From an uncultured Acidobacteriota bacterium (GTDB taxonomy: Bacteria > Acidobacteriota > UBA6911 > RPQK01 > JAPXNP01): a stretch of 64,000 bases of DNA. The stretch spans positions 128,001-192,000 of the forward strand of contig CAVZRV010000007.1 in the NCBI GenBank assembly GCA_963777605.1, given 5' to 3'. Below the pieces are notes generated by a model. That model was given only the letters and a program-made list of their open reading frames with translations. It was not told the DNA's origin and did not search any database. This document shows positions 31,558 to 42,073 of this stretch, piece after piece; position 1 is the first letter of the stretch; each line of letters starts with the position of its first letter. The translations under genes and the position numbers were made by a program.

Positions 31558-31620
31558 GTCATCCTCCGCATATCCGATTATCAATGATTTAGCGTGTGTT
31601 CGCAGAGTAGAATGTTTTGA

Positions 31621-32193
31621 ATGAAGAAGGTTTGCTGTCTTTGCCTTCTGCTTCTGCTGACTGGGGGAACTTCCTGCAGAAAGAAGACGCCTCTTCCTCC
31701 ACCGCCTCAACCGACTGCTCCTCCCGTGACCCTGCCTCCCGCCCAACCCACGGTTGAGCGACCGCCCGTCGTCAAGGAAACACCCCCTGACGGACCGGTT
31801 GTTGAGCCCGCAATTGTCGAGCCAGACCCTACTATCGAGGCAGACCGACTCTTCGCCCACGGGGACTTGCTGGCCGCCGAAGAAGCTTATCGGAACTTGC
31901 TCGACAAGCCAGTCAAGGGACCCGACCGGGGTAGAGTGCTCCTTCATTTGGGCATGATCTATGCCGACCCCTCGGTCGTCCTATACGATCCCAAGAAGGC
32001 CCTTTCCGTCCTCAATCTGATCGACGAGTCCGATCCGGTGGACCGGTCTCAGGCGGCAACCCTCGCTCACCTCCTCGAACGCGTGCTCGACCTCGAAACC
32101 GATCGCCAAACCATCCGCCGCTCCCTCGAGCGGGTTGAAGAAGAGTTGGAAAAACTCAAGGGAATCGACGAGCGAAGGGGACGACGGCCCTGA
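31621..32193 (+). CDS. Proline-rich lipoprotein with TPR-like helices and C-terminal coiled coil (QseG-like)
   Basis: Signal ending GTSC, Pro-rich linker, LHLGMIYADP, C-terminal LERVEEELEKLKGIDERR. Confidence 0.7.
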   Translation: MKKVCCLCLLLLLTGGTSCRKKTPLPPPPQPTAPPVTLPPAQPTVERPPVVKETPPDGPVVEPAIVEPDPTIEADRLFAHGDLLAAEEAYRNLLDKPVKGPDRGRVLLHLGMIYADPSVVLYDPKKALSVLNLIDESDPVDRSQAATLAHLLERVLDLETDRQTIRRSLERVEEELEKLKGIDERRGRRP

Positions 32194-32292
32194 GGCCCAG
32201 GTTCGGGATTCAGGGAATATTTCCCCGATTTGCGTGCGCCTGGGTTCCTCCTCATCCAACGTAAACCCTTTCCAATCAACACCTGGCGTAAT

Positions 32293-32308
32293 TGGCACGA
32301 GTCTTGCT
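32293..32308 (+). promoter_or_regulatory. Sigma-54 promoter upstream of the OmpA-family gene
   Basis: TGGCACGAGTCTTGCT matches TGGCACG-N4-TTGCW exactly, about 40 bp before the ATG; palindrome GGGAATATTTCCCC at 32213-32226. Confidence 0.88.
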
Positions 32309-32345
32309 AACTCGAAGGGCAGCCAATAGCAATGGAGAAAGCAAA

Positions 32346-33374
32346 ATGAAACATACTCTGCCCTTTATTCTTCTTCTGGTTCTGATGGCGATACCCGCCG
32401 GAGCCGCAACCGAAAAGCTCCCTGCCGGTATTCGAACGGAAGCAGAAGGCGTCGTTGTACAGAAGTCGGATTCCCAAATTCGGGTCCGGAGGCATTCGGG
32501 ATCCGAATTCGTAGTCGTACTCACCCCAAACACGGAGATCGTCGAGAAGAAAGTTAACCCGTTCCGCGGGGCGACCAACTTTTCCCCGGATGACCTCGTC
32601 CCCGGCTTAAACATTCGTGTCGAGGGCGTTGGAGACACTCAGGGTTCGCTGTTGGCCGAGAAAGTCCGCTTCACCAAAGACGAGCTGAAGGTGGCCGAGA
32701 CCATCGCTTCCCGTGTGGCCCCGGTCGAAGATCGCCTGTCGGCAACCGAACAGGAACTCAACCAAACCCAGGGCGAAATGCGCCGCGACCGGGAAAACCT
32801 CACTGCTCGGGCGGATTCGCTCCAGGGCCGGGTTGAAGAACTGAACGATGCTTTCCAACTCGCCCGTTCGGAAGCCCGTGACGCCCAGTCAACGGCCAAC
32901 CAGGCCATCGACAAGGCCGACGCCAACGAAGCCCGCTTTGGAGCGCTCGACCAATATCGGGAACAGGAACTGGTGACGATCCACTTTCCGTTCAATAGCT
33001 CTGACCTGACCCAGGAAGCCAAGCAGCGCCTCGACGAAATGGTTGAGCAGTTGACGAGTGAGGAAGGGTTCATCCTTGAGGTGGTTGGCTTCACTTCATC
33101 CGACGGGAACCTGGAGTACAACCGGAGACTCAGCGAACGGCGCTCCGAAACGGTCATTTCTTACCTCGCCGAGGTCCACACGATTCCCCTGCGGCGAATC
33201 ATTCGCCCCTACGGGTTTGGTGAAAGCAAGCCCGTGGCTGACAACTCCACCCGGGACGGGAGACAGCAGAACCGCCGAGTTGAGGTCAGGGTACTGCAGA
33301 ACGTCGGGATCACGACCAAGTCGGCCTCCCTGCAATCCCAGGACGACATGGCGGTGAGCCTCAATCATGAGTAA
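32346..33374 (+). CDS. OmpA-family peptidoglycan-binding protein (signal, OB-like domain, coiled coil, OmpA_C)
   Basis: GGAG RBS; IHFPFNSSDL, GFTSSDG, YNRRLSERRS, GFGESKPVADN, NRRVEV. Confidence 0.92.
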   Translation: MKHTLPFILLLVLMAIPAGAATEKLPAGIRTEAEGVVVQKSDSQIRVRRHSGSEFVVVLTPNTEIVEKKVNPFRGATNFSPDDLVPGLNIRVEGVGDTQGSLLAEKVRFTKDELKVAETIASRVAPVEDRLSATEQELNQTQGEMRRDRENLTARADSLQGRVEELNDAFQLARSEARDAQSTANQAIDKADANEARFGALDQYREQELVTIHFPFNSSDLTQEAKQRLDEMVEQLTSEEGFILEVVGFTSSDGNLEYNRRLSERRSETVISYLAEVHTIPLRRIIRPYGFGESKPVADNSTRDGRQQNRRVEVRVLQNVGITTKSASLQSQDDMAVSLNHE

Positions 33375-33442
33375 TTGAACACAGAATTTCACGATCCTCC
33401 CCCAAGGCGGCTTCGGGGTATGGTTCTCCGAAGCTGAAAAGA

Positions 33443-33480
33443 ACAGAAAAGCCGGCCCAGGATGGAGCCGGCTTTTCTGT
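33443..33480 (+). terminator. Rho-independent terminator (bidirectional form)
   Basis: ACAGAAAAGCCGGC-N10-GCCGGCTTTTCTGT. Confidence 0.85.
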
Positions 33481-33589
33481 TTCTGGAGACCTCACAGAGA
33501 GCACCTGCAGTCGCACTCGGCCGGACTGTGAGCGTATGATGGGTGGATCCGTTCCCCGGAGGGATCGGCAGAAAGTGAGTAAAGTGACG

Positions 33590-34619
33590 ATGTGCAGTCT
33601 CTTCCCGGAAAGAACCCGCTTATCCCTGATGCTGGCCACGGTTCTGGTGTCATCTTCATTCTCCCTTTGGGCGCAGGATCCCACCCCATCTCCACAACCC
33701 ACCGCCCCAAGAGGGAATGACAAAGGCGGATCCGGCTGCATTTCCGGAAGTGGTTGCATCCGTTAACGGCCATTCCATCCACAAGACCGAGTTGCTAAGT
33801 CGAATCGAGGCGGTTCGCGACCGCGTGGGTCTGCCCGGTGGTGACCTGCCCGTACAGATCTACCGGACGGTGCTGGACGACATGATCAACCTGGAACTTC
33901 TCTACCAGTCGAGCGAAAGCAGCGAGTTCGCTGCCACGCAAGAGGAAGTCGAGAAGGAATTCACCAACCTCAAGTCGCAGTTTCCTACGGAGCAGGCCTT
34001 CCAGGAACAGCTTGCCTCCGAGTCAATGTCCCCCGACGAGTTGAAGAACATTCTGAAGAAGGATCTGAGTGTTCAAAAGCTGGTGGAAAACAAGCTGGCT
34101 GGCCGCGTGGTGATCAGTGACGAAGACATGCGTCGCTTCTACGACGACAATCAGGACCAGATGCGACAGCCTGAGCAACTGCAACTTCGGCACATCCTGA
34201 TTCGCGTCGGAAAGGATGCAACACCCGAAGCCAAAGCCGAGGCCCGGGCTAAAATCGAATCTTTGAGGGAGCAGGTAGTCACTGGTGGTGCCGACTTTGC
34301 CGAACTGGCAAAGGCCAACTCGGAGGACCCAGGATCTCGGGACCAGGGCGGCGAGATGACCGTTCGAAGGGGACAAACGGTCGAGCCATTCGAGAAGGCG
34401 GCCTTTCAGCTTAAGCCCCTGGAGGTCAGCCCGGTCGTGGAAACCCAGTTCGGGTTTCACATCATCCAGCTCACGGAGGCAACACCTGCGCAGGTTATCC
34501 CGTACGACGAGGTCTCGGGACGGATCCAGGACCACTTGCGTCAGCAGGGCGTCCGGCAGGAGGTCGAGTCCGAACTGGAAGGACTCCGAAGTAAGGCATC
34601 CATCGCCCTCTATATTTAA
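33590..34619 (+). CDS. Parvulin-type peptidyl-prolyl isomerase (PrsA/SurA-like), frameshift near 33715
   Basis: Signal peptide ..SFSLWAQD in one frame; VVASVNG, RHILI, FAELAKANSEDPGS, FEKAAF, VETQFGFHII in ORF 33717-34619. Confidence 0.88.
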
Positions 34620-34769
34620 AACTTCAGGCAGAAGACGGGAGACAGAGTCCCACCCCATTCGAGGGGAAGTTAAGAGAGAGAAGCTCCCGCGCAGGAAGCC
34701 GTACCCCCGCAGGAGTGTGATCTACATAGTCGCATTCGCGGTTGACTTTCTCCCGGGACGAATCGCGTT

Positions 34770-35927
34770 TCACCACTCGGCAACTGAGCCGTCGGGGTTG
34801 CGCCAGACCGGGTTTCTCCAGCGATGCCCCTGCCGGCTCATTTCCCTAACCCGATTCTCGTCAACTTCAATACCCAAGCCAGGCCCAGTCGGCAGGTCGA
34901 TCACGCCCTGTCGAGGAGTGAGGACATCCGGATTTACAAGGTAATCGAGGAGGTCGGCACCTTCGTTGTAGTGAATCCCGAGACTGGACTCCTGAATGTG
35001 CGCATTGATCGAGGAGAAATCCACCTGGAGAGCGGAAGCGAACGAAATCGGACCCAGTGGACAGTGCGGTGCGAGCGCGACGTCGTAACACTCGGCCATG
35101 GCTGCAATTCGTCGCACTTCCGAGATCCCGCCGGCGTGGCTCAGATCGGGCTGCAGGATGTCGACCGTCCCCTCCTCGAGAAGCGGCTTGAAATCCCATC
35201 TTGAGAACATGCGCTCTCCGGTCGCAATCGGGATGGTGGTGTGATTGCGGATCTGCCTGAGAGCATCGCTGTTTTCAGGCAAAACAGGCTCTTCGATGAA
35301 CAACGGTTTGAAAACTTCCAACTCCCGGACCAGGACACGGGCAACCGCCTTGTGAATCCGCCCATGGAAATCGACCCCAATTCCGAAATCGGGCCCCACA
35401 GCCTCTCGAACCGCCGCAACCCGGGCTACGCATTCGTCCATCGCGCTAGGCACGGCGATCCACTCCATCCGCCCGCTCCCGTTCATCTTGACTGCTTCAA
35501 AGCCGGCGTTCTTTCTCTCAAGCGCCGCCTCGGCCACGTTGTCGGGTTCGTCTCCCCCGATCCAAGAATAGACCTTCATAGTCCGGCGAACCGCCCCGCC
35601 GAGCAACTCGTACACCGGAACGCCCAGGGCTTTCCCCTTCAGATCCCAGAGCGCCTGGTCGATTCCCGAAATGGCGCTCATGAGGACCGGCCCGCCCCGG
35701 TAAAAGCCTCCCCGATAGAGTGTCTGCCAGATATCTTCGATGTCGAAGGGAGAACGGCCCACAACGAGTTCGGCCAGTTCCTCGACAGCGGCCAGAACCG
35801 TGTGGGAGCGGCCTTCAACCACCGGTTCACCCCAACCCGATAGTCCGGATTCGGACGTCAGCTTCAGGAAAAGCCAGCGCGGCGGCACTTCAAACAACTC
35901 GAACTTGTTAATGACTCCGACTGACAT
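34770..35927 (-). CDS. dgoD: D-galactonate dehydratase
   Basis: VPPRWLFLK, GWGEPVVEGR, FYRGGP, DFHGRIH, FIEEP, ATGER, QPDLSHAGG, APHCPLGP, WRNPDGSVAEW. Confidence 0.95.
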   Translation of the reverse strand: MSVGVINKFELFEVPPRWLFLKLTSESGLSGWGEPVVEGRSHTVLAAVEELAELVVGRSPFDIEDIWQTLYRGGFYRGGPVLMSAISGIDQALWDLKGKALGVPVYELLGGAVRRTMKVYSWIGGDEPDNVAEAALERKNAGFEAVKMNGSGRMEWIAVPSAMDECVARVAAVREAVGPDFGIGVDFHGRIHKAVARVLVRELEVFKPLFIEEPVLPENSDALRQIRNHTTIPIATGERMFSRWDFKPLLEEGTVDILQPDLSHAGGISEVRRIAAMAECYDVALAPHCPLGPISFASALQVDFSSINAHIQESSLGIHYNEGADLLDYLVNPDVLTPRQGVIDLPTGPGLGIEVDENRVREMSRQGHRWRNPVWRNPDGSVAEW

Positions 35928-36109
35928 CTTGTTTACCATGCATCTTGTCCCAATTACGCGGGCCAGTTCGGGTGGCCGAATGGAGCAGCGATCCAATTAG
36001 GCTTCGACCGGTCTTGCGTTCTCGCTGACAAGAGCGAGGACCAGTAAAATCGGCACCTGTGGAACAGCCCGACCAGGATGATGATACCCTCTCGCGTGGG
36101 AGTAAATCG

Positions 36110-36784
36110 ATGAGAACGATCGCAAAACTATTCGGTCGCAACCCTTTTGTTCCCCTTCAGCTTCATATGGAGAAGGTTTCCGAGTGCATCGGTCTTCTCC
36201 CTTCGCTGTTTCAGGCCTATGCGAACGCCCAGGTGGACGAGGTCACTCGACTGGCCCGCGAGGTAGCCGAGCGCGAGCACGAAGCCGATCAACTCAAGCA
36301 TGACATCCAGAGCCAGGTCCCTCGCGGCATGTTTCTGCCCGTTGACCGGGACCGGCTGCTCGAGATTCTTGCGATCCAGGACAATCTTGCCGACAAGGGC
36401 GAGAACCTGGCCGTCCTCCTGACCTTGCGGCAGACCCCGATTCCTGTCGGGATGAAGGAACTCTTTCAGGCCTTCCTCGAAAAGAACCTGGAAGCTTTCG
36501 AGGGGGCCCGACGAATTATCAGTGAACTCGACGAACTGCTGTCGTCCGGTTTTGGTGGGGTCGAGGCCGAGAAGGTCCGCCTTATGGTGATGGATGTCGC
36601 CCGCCTCGAATACGAGGCCGATCGAATTCAGCACGATCTACTCCGGCAACTTTTCGCCAATGAAGACGGACTCTCCGTTGCCGATTTTTTCCTGTTGGAC
36701 AAGATCCTCAAACAACTCAGCGAGTTGTCCAACCTTTCCGAAAGGCTTGCTCACCGAGTGCAGCGCGCTATGGACTTGAAATAG
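36110..36784 (+). CDS. DUF47 / TIGR00153 phosphate transport regulator
   Basis: LFGRNPF.PLQ.H, EHEAD, FLPVDR, QDNLAD, EYEAD; directly upstream of PiT. Confidence 0.9.
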   Translation: MRTIAKLFGRNPFVPLQLHMEKVSECIGLLPSLFQAYANAQVDEVTRLAREVAEREHEADQLKHDIQSQVPRGMFLPVDRDRLLEILAIQDNLADKGENLAVLLTLRQTPIPVGMKELFQAFLEKNLEAFEGARRIISELDELLSSGFGGVEAEKVRLMVMDVARLEYEADRIQHDLLRQLFANEDGLSVADFFLLDKILKQLSELSNLSERLAHRVQRAMDLK

Positions 36785-36817
36785 ACTCCGCCAAATCCAG
36801 ACCCGGGAACAAACACC

Positions 36818-38263
36818 ATGGCCATAGAAACACTCTTGCTGATACTTGCCCTTTCCTTTGGTTTCTATATGGCCTGGAACATTGGCGCCAATGACGTCGC
36901 CAATGCAATGGGAACTTCGGTCGGGTCAGGTGCACTGACGCTCCGTCGTGCCATCGTTCTGTCCGCTATCTTTGAGTTTCTTGGCGCCTTTCTGGTCGGG
37001 TCCAACGTTTCCGAGACGGTCCGCAAGGGGATCTTCGACCCGATGATCTTCCAGGACCACCCGTTGACGCTGGCCACGGGCATGATCGCGGCACTGCTTG
37101 CGGCGGGCGTCTGGCTTCAGATCGCCACCTATTTCGGCTGGCCGGTTTCGACCACTCATTCAATCGTCGGCGCTGTCGTCGGCTTCGGCGTAGTGGCTGC
37201 GGGTTTTTCCCAGATCCATTGGTTCGAAGTCATGAGTATCGCCGGCAGTTGGGTGGTTTCCCCGATCCTGGCCGGCGCGATTGCCTACCTGATGTTTCGG
37301 TTTCTCCTGATCCAGATCTTCTACCAACCCGACCCGGTTGCCGCCACGAAACGGTTCACTCCATTCCTGGCTTCGGCGGTCATCATGGTCATGGTGGGAG
37401 TCACCGGAATCAAGGGATTGGCTCCGTACTGGAAGAATCACCACCTCGACTCGACTCACTGGCCTGCAACGCTGACCGTCACCGCCGCAATCGTCGGGGG
37501 ATTGATTGCAGCGATCGCCGCCCGGCGAATGGTCAGCAGACTCGAGGGAGCTCCCGTCGAGAAGATGCACCAATACCAGGCCGTGTTCGTCCGACGAAGC
37601 CTCGACAAGGTGCTGAAGCACCTGAGAAGGATCGAGTCGATCTCAACCGGTGAGATTCAGGACGAGATGCGCCGTCTCAGCACGGACGTCCGTCGCGTCT
37701 CGACCGTCGTCGATGAGCAGACCAGCCACGAATTCACCCACGCCGCCTACAAAAAGGTGGAACGTGTATTTGCCTACCTCCAGGTTTTGAGCGCATGCTT
37801 CGTGGCGTTCGCCCACGGAGCCAACGATGTGGCAAATGCCATTGGTCCTCTTTCGTCCGCGGTGCAGGTGCTTCAGAACGGGGTTGTTGCCGTCAAAGCA
37901 TCGGTCCCGACTTGGGCGCTTGCTCTCGGCGGCGTCGGTATCGTGACAGGGTTGGCGACGTGGGGCTGGCGGGTCATGCAGACAATCGGCAGGAGGATCA
38001 CGGAACTGACCCCGACCCGGGGCTTCGCAGCCGAGTTCTCGGCTGCGATCACAATCCTCTTCGCGTCGCTTATGGGGATTCCAATCTCGACCACTCACAC
38101 ACTGGTCGGAGCGGTTCTCGGGGTCGGCATGGCCCGCGGTATCGGCGCGATCAACCTGAACACAATCCGGGACATCGTTGCATCCTGGGTAGTGACGATC
38201 CCGGCCGGCGCGGGCCTGTCGGTGATCTTCTTCCTGATTATGAAATCGCTCCTCCTCGGATAG
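36818..38263 (+). CDS. Inorganic phosphate transporter, PiT family
   Basis: Two GANDVAN motifs, PVSTTHS and PISTTHT. Confidence 0.95.
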   Translation: MAIETLLLILALSFGFYMAWNIGANDVANAMGTSVGSGALTLRRAIVLSAIFEFLGAFLVGSNVSETVRKGIFDPMIFQDHPLTLATGMIAALLAAGVWLQIATYFGWPVSTTHSIVGAVVGFGVVAAGFSQIHWFEVMSIAGSWVVSPILAGAIAYLMFRFLLIQIFYQPDPVAATKRFTPFLASAVIMVMVGVTGIKGLAPYWKNHHLDSTHWPATLTVTAAIVGGLIAAIAARRMVSRLEGAPVEKMHQYQAVFVRRSLDKVLKHLRRIESISTGEIQDEMRRLSTDVRRVSTVVDEQTSHEFTHAAYKKVERVFAYLQVLSACFVAFAHGANDVANAIGPLSSAVQVLQNGVVAVKASVPTWALALGGVGIVTGLATWGWRVMQTIGRRITELTPTRGFAAEFSAAITILFASLMGIPISTTHTLVGAVLGVGMARGIGAINLNTIRDIVASWVVTIPAGAGLSVIFFLIMKSLLLG

Positions 38264-38323
38264 CCGGGTGGACCTCGAACGGAAGAATCTCCGACCCGTC
38301 AATTCAAGCGGGCACCCCGGTGT

Positions 38324-39361
38324 TTACGCGTAGTCGGGTGCCAGTTCGTCGCGAAGACGCTGGAGCAGATCCCGCGTTGCCCGGATCCCGTCGGGCTCCG
38401 AGAGGCGGGTCCCCTCGTACTCTATGCCGACGAACCCGTGGTACCCGGCGTCCAGCACGATTTTCATCATTCGCCTGTAGTCGATCGTGGTCTCATCCCC
38501 CGCGTCGTCGAAGTCGTAGCTCTTCGCACTGACTCCGCGCGCAAAAGGCATCAACTCTGCGACGCCCTTGTACCGATCGTATTCACGCCCCTCTTCGATC
38601 AGGAAATTCCCGAAATCGGGCAACGTTCCGGCCCGGGGATGGTCCGTCAGGCGAATCACGCCCGCAAGCCACGATGCATCGCTGGACAATCCGCCGTGGT
38701 TTTCAACCACGACGTCGATTCCGTGAGGATCGGCGTACTCGCACAGCCGCCTCAAGCCGTCGGCGGCGAGGCGCTGCTGCTCCTCGGGAGACAACCCCGC
38801 ATCACTGGAGGCGTTCACACGGATGGCATGACAACCGAGGAATTCCGCCGCATCGACCCACTTGAAGTGATTCTCCACTGCCTGCAAGCGACTGACCTCG
38901 TCCGGGTCGCCGAGCTCTCCTTCGGAGTCACACATGATCAGCACGCCGCGAACACCGTTGTCGTCGGCGCGCTTTTTCAACTCGGCAAGGTAGCTTCTAT
39001 CCTGTGCCTTGTCAAAGTACATTGTGTTGACGTACTCCACTCCCTCGATCCCGTAATCCCGCTTGGCGATCACCGGAAAGTCGAGTGGATCGAGGTCGCC
39101 CGCCATGACCACCGAGCGATAGTCTCCGGAGTGAAGGGCCTCGTTGAACCTGTCCCATCCCATCTTCTCGCCCGGGTCGCCTCCGTAGAATGCACGATGA
39201 AGCGACCACTGGGCCAGCGAAATCCTGAAAAGTGGCTCCTTGGGTGACGGGGGAGCAGGCGGTTCCTGCCCGGTACTGCAGGCCACCATGGTTGCGGCTC
39301 CCACACCGACTGCCAACGAATCTCTGAGGAACTCCCGACGGCTTCTTCCCTGCTCTCGCAT
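38324..39361 (-). CDS. Tat-exported sugar phosphate isomerase/epimerase-like TIM barrel, possible Tat lipoprotein
   Basis: SRREFL Tat motif, MVAC; [30 protein letters not shown]. Confidence 0.88.
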   Translation of the reverse strand: MREQGRSRREFLRDSLAVGVGAATMVACSTGQEPPAPPSPKEPLFRISLAQWSLHRAFYGGDPGEKMGWDRFNEALHSGDYRSVVMAGDLDPLDFPVIAKRDYGIEGVEYVNTMYFDKAQDRSYLAELKKRADDNGVRGVLIMCDSEGELGDPDEVSRLQAVENHFKWVDAAEFLGCHAIRVNASSDAGLSPEEQQRLAADGLRRLCEYADPHGIDVVVENHGGLSSDASWLAGVIRLTDHPRAGTLPDFGNFLIEEGREYDRYKGVAELMPFARGVSAKSYDFDDAGDETTIDYRRMMKIVLDAGYHGFVGIEYEGTRLSEPDGIRATRDLLQRLRDELAPDYA

Positions 39362-39477
39362 TTAAACCTCCTTGCTGCTGAGGATCCTAACTCGGCTCTG
39401 GGCCCATTTCAATCACCAGGCTCTGGACAAATCAGCTCGGCGGGTATAGACAGGAACCCATAAGGAGGACCCTCTCG

Positions 39478-41304
39478 ATGAGCAAATCTGAGCCCAGAAC
39501 GCCCGTGTCCAGAAGGGATTTCATCAAGGTATCCGGCGCCGTAGCCACCGGAATGACGGCGTCTCCCGTTGTGAGGGCAGGCTCTCGTGGAGCCGGCCTA
39601 TCCCCGGTCCAGCCAGGGCCGGAAAAAGGTGGCTCGGTCTCGGTCAACGGCAACACGGTCGTCATTCGGACCCCTACCCTGGAAGCCCGGATCGATTCGG
39701 GATTCCTGGTGTCTCTGCGATCTCGAGCGACCGGCGAAGAGATGCTCGCCCAATACGACACTCAGGGGATATCGGCCGTCAGCCTGGTTTACCGCTCGGG
39801 TGAAACAGTTGGGCTCTCAGAGAAGTTCGCCCAAGTCCAGACCCGGGCGCTGTCCCCCGATCGGGCGGAAATTGTCTTTCACAACTGGGACGGGGACGGC
39901 ATCCTCTCGGTCACTTTCGATCCCGAATCCGGGGACCTGGTCCTGGAACCTTCGGCTTACTCGTCACGCCCCGGGGTTCGAGCCTGTCGCTGGCACCTTC
40001 ACGGGCTTAGACCGGACCTGGAACTGGTCGCTCCGTTCTTCCAGGGGACGAAACTCCCAATGGAGGACTCTCTCATCCAGGACAGCCACTGGTCCTGGCC
40101 GATGATGTGGGAAGCCGGATTGGCCATTCTCCAGGGACCGAAGAGCGGATTCTGGGTCCACACCAAAGACAATCGCTACCGTTACAAGTCGCTCAAGGTG
40201 GGAACTCCCGATGCTGCGCGAACGCTGGGGTTCGACAGCGAAGCATATGGTCCGATCGAGGAAAACCTGGCGGCCGGCGGACTGATGTGGCGGATCAACG
40301 TGTTCGAGGGAAGCTGGCAGACTCCCGCTGAGCGGTATCGCGACTGGCTCTGGAACGCCTACGAACTTTCCGAGAACCAGCGGCAAGATTGGATCCACGA
40401 TGTCCGCATGGCGATATCATGGTGCCCCGGGGAAATCGAGATCCTCGAGGCACTGTCACGGCGGGCCGACCCCACCAGGATTCTCCTCCACTTCCCCAAC
40501 TGGCGGAGTGACCCATACGACGAGAACTACCCGACGTTCCAGGCAAGTGAATCAGGCCGGGCCTTCATTGAACGTGCCCAGAAACTGGGCTTTCGGATAA
40601 TGCCGCACTGCAATTCCGTGGACATGGACCCCAGCCATCCCGTCTATTCACAAATCCGTGATTTTCAGTACCGCGATATCGAGACCAGGAAGATTCTGGG
40701 ATGGAGCTGGTACAAGGGCACTCCGATCGGCGTTCCCGAATCGAACGGACAGCGTTCGATGCATCGAGACCTCAAGGTGATGGTGAAGGTCCATCCCGGA
40801 CTCTCGACCTGGAGATCGATCCTTGGAGATCATGTCGCACAAGCAGCCAATGACCTCGCCCTCCGGTTGGTCTTTCTGGACGTGACCCTGACCACCTGGA
40901 ACCTGGCCAACAGCCTCGTCGAGAACACTACTTCATCGGAAGGGATGAATCGACTGATCCGGCACGTCGCCACGCTCGGGAACGGTCTCGTCGTCGGTGG
41001 AGAGGGACTGAACGAGATTACTTTCCAACACCTTTCTTTCGGCCAGGCCCACCTGTTCCGGAGCTGGCACGAAAGCATTCCCGGGTTGGAGCGAGCCGGA
41101 GGCTGTCCTCTGAACGACTTCCTGTTCGGCCGGCTGAGTCGAACGTTTGGCTACTCGGGACTGAGCGGTGCGTCCGATGATCATCGATTGCGGCACCGCA
41201 TTCATCTCGAACACAACGCGATCCCGACGATTACAATTAGATCGTCTAGGGAAATCGAGCAACCGAATCCGGTGGTGGAAGAAGTGATCAAGGGTGCTGC
41301 CTGA
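39478..41304 (+). CDS. Tat-exported protein, possibly glycoside hydrolase-like
   Basis: AGGAGG RBS; SRRDFIK; beta-rich N-half then WR..PYDENYP, GFRIMPHCN, FLDVT, GEGLNE; function not established. Confidence 0.6.
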   Translation: MSKSEPRTPVSRRDFIKVSGAVATGMTASPVVRAGSRGAGLSPVQPGPEKGGSVSVNGNTVVIRTPTLEARIDSGFLVSLRSRATGEEMLAQYDTQGISAVSLVYRSGETVGLSEKFAQVQTRALSPDRAEIVFHNWDGDGILSVTFDPESGDLVLEPSAYSSRPGVRACRWHLHGLRPDLELVAPFFQGTKLPMEDSLIQDSHWSWPMMWEAGLAILQGPKSGFWVHTKDNRYRYKSLKVGTPDAARTLGFDSEAYGPIEENLAAGGLMWRINVFEGSWQTPAERYRDWLWNAYELSENQRQDWIHDVRMAISWCPGEIEILEALSRRADPTRILLHFPNWRSDPYDENYPTFQASESGRAFIERAQKLGFRIMPHCNSVDMDPSHPVYSQIRDFQYRDIETRKILGWSWYKGTPIGVPESNGQRSMHRDLKVMVKVHPGLSTWRSILGDHVAQAANDLALRLVFLDVTLTTWNLANSLVENTTSSEGMNRLIRHVATLGNGLVVGGEGLNEITFQHLSFGQAHLFRSWHESIPGLERAGGCPLNDFLFGRLSRTFGYSGLSGASDDHRLRHRIHLEHNAIPTITIRSSREIEQPNPVVEEVIKGAA

Positions 41305-41438
41305 TCAACCGCGGGTGAGAAGGAATTGAAGCAGCGGGATCAGGGATTGGTTTGCGACTGATCCTTCCTTAGCGGACCGCGTTCGCAACACGTTACGGAT
41401 AGCTACCGAGACGCAACTTCCCGGCATCTCACCGCCGG

Positions 41439-41891
41439 TCACTCGGCGACAGATGTGTGATCGTGGATGATTCTCCACCCCTCCGGAAGCCGGCGGATCG
41501 TGAGTGAAAACAGCCCCGACAGGTCTTTCTTACCCGACCGCTGGAGCAGCCAGCGTCCCTTTGCCAGAGCACCGGTATCGCCAAGCATCTGGATGCTCAT
41601 TTCGCTGAAGGCGAGGTACCCCATTTCATCTCCGTCACTGAGGTAGCGTTTTCGATACCGCTCCCGGGTGGCCTGCCATCCCCGGGTAATAGTCCCCCCT
41701 GAGAAGAACGTCAGATCGTCTGATTTCCAGTAGGTCTCCAGAAATCTCTCGAGGTCACCGGCATTCCACGCAGAAACCTGCTTCTCAAGGACTGCCCGGA
41801 CCGACTCTGCCGGATCCTCCTCCGCGGCATAGCAAAAGGGAAGCAGAGACAGGATCAGCAAAGTCCCCAGGCTGAGCCGGAGCACGCGCAT
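41439..41891 (-). CDS. Secreted NTF2/SnoaL-like protein
   Basis: Signal peptide; AWNAGDLERF, RGWQAT.ERY, GLFSL, WRIIHDHTS. Confidence 0.88.
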   Translation of the reverse strand: MRVLRLSLGTLLILSLLPFCYAAEEDPAESVRAVLEKQVSAWNAGDLERFLETYWKSDDLTFFSGGTITRGWQATRERYRKRYLSDGDEMGYLAFSEMSIQMLGDTGALAKGRWLLQRSGKKDLSGLFSLTIRRLPEGWRIIHDHTSVAE

Positions 41892-42073
41892 CTTTGGTCA
41901 CCTCCGCCCTCATTCTACCAGCGCCCTGAGTCAGAAATTCGCACGCACCTGTTGCGAGCCTGACGGGGTCCAGATCAAGGCGTCGCAGTCCTTATTCCAT
42001 TGCGCTGCGAACTGAACCTTGTCCCGGCACGAATGCAGGGCTCTGAAAACGTCATACGATTCGTGACAGGACA

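Noticed and set aside
31558-31947. 130-aa N-terminal extension of the response regulator
   Set aside because: It overlaps the opposite-strand lipoprotein; the receiver domain begins at 31557 behind GGAGG.
33395-33440. Hairpin GCTTCGGGG..CTCCGAAGC as a tRNA or ncRNA
   Set aside because: Single stem in the ompA 3' UTR with no cloverleaf or T-loop.
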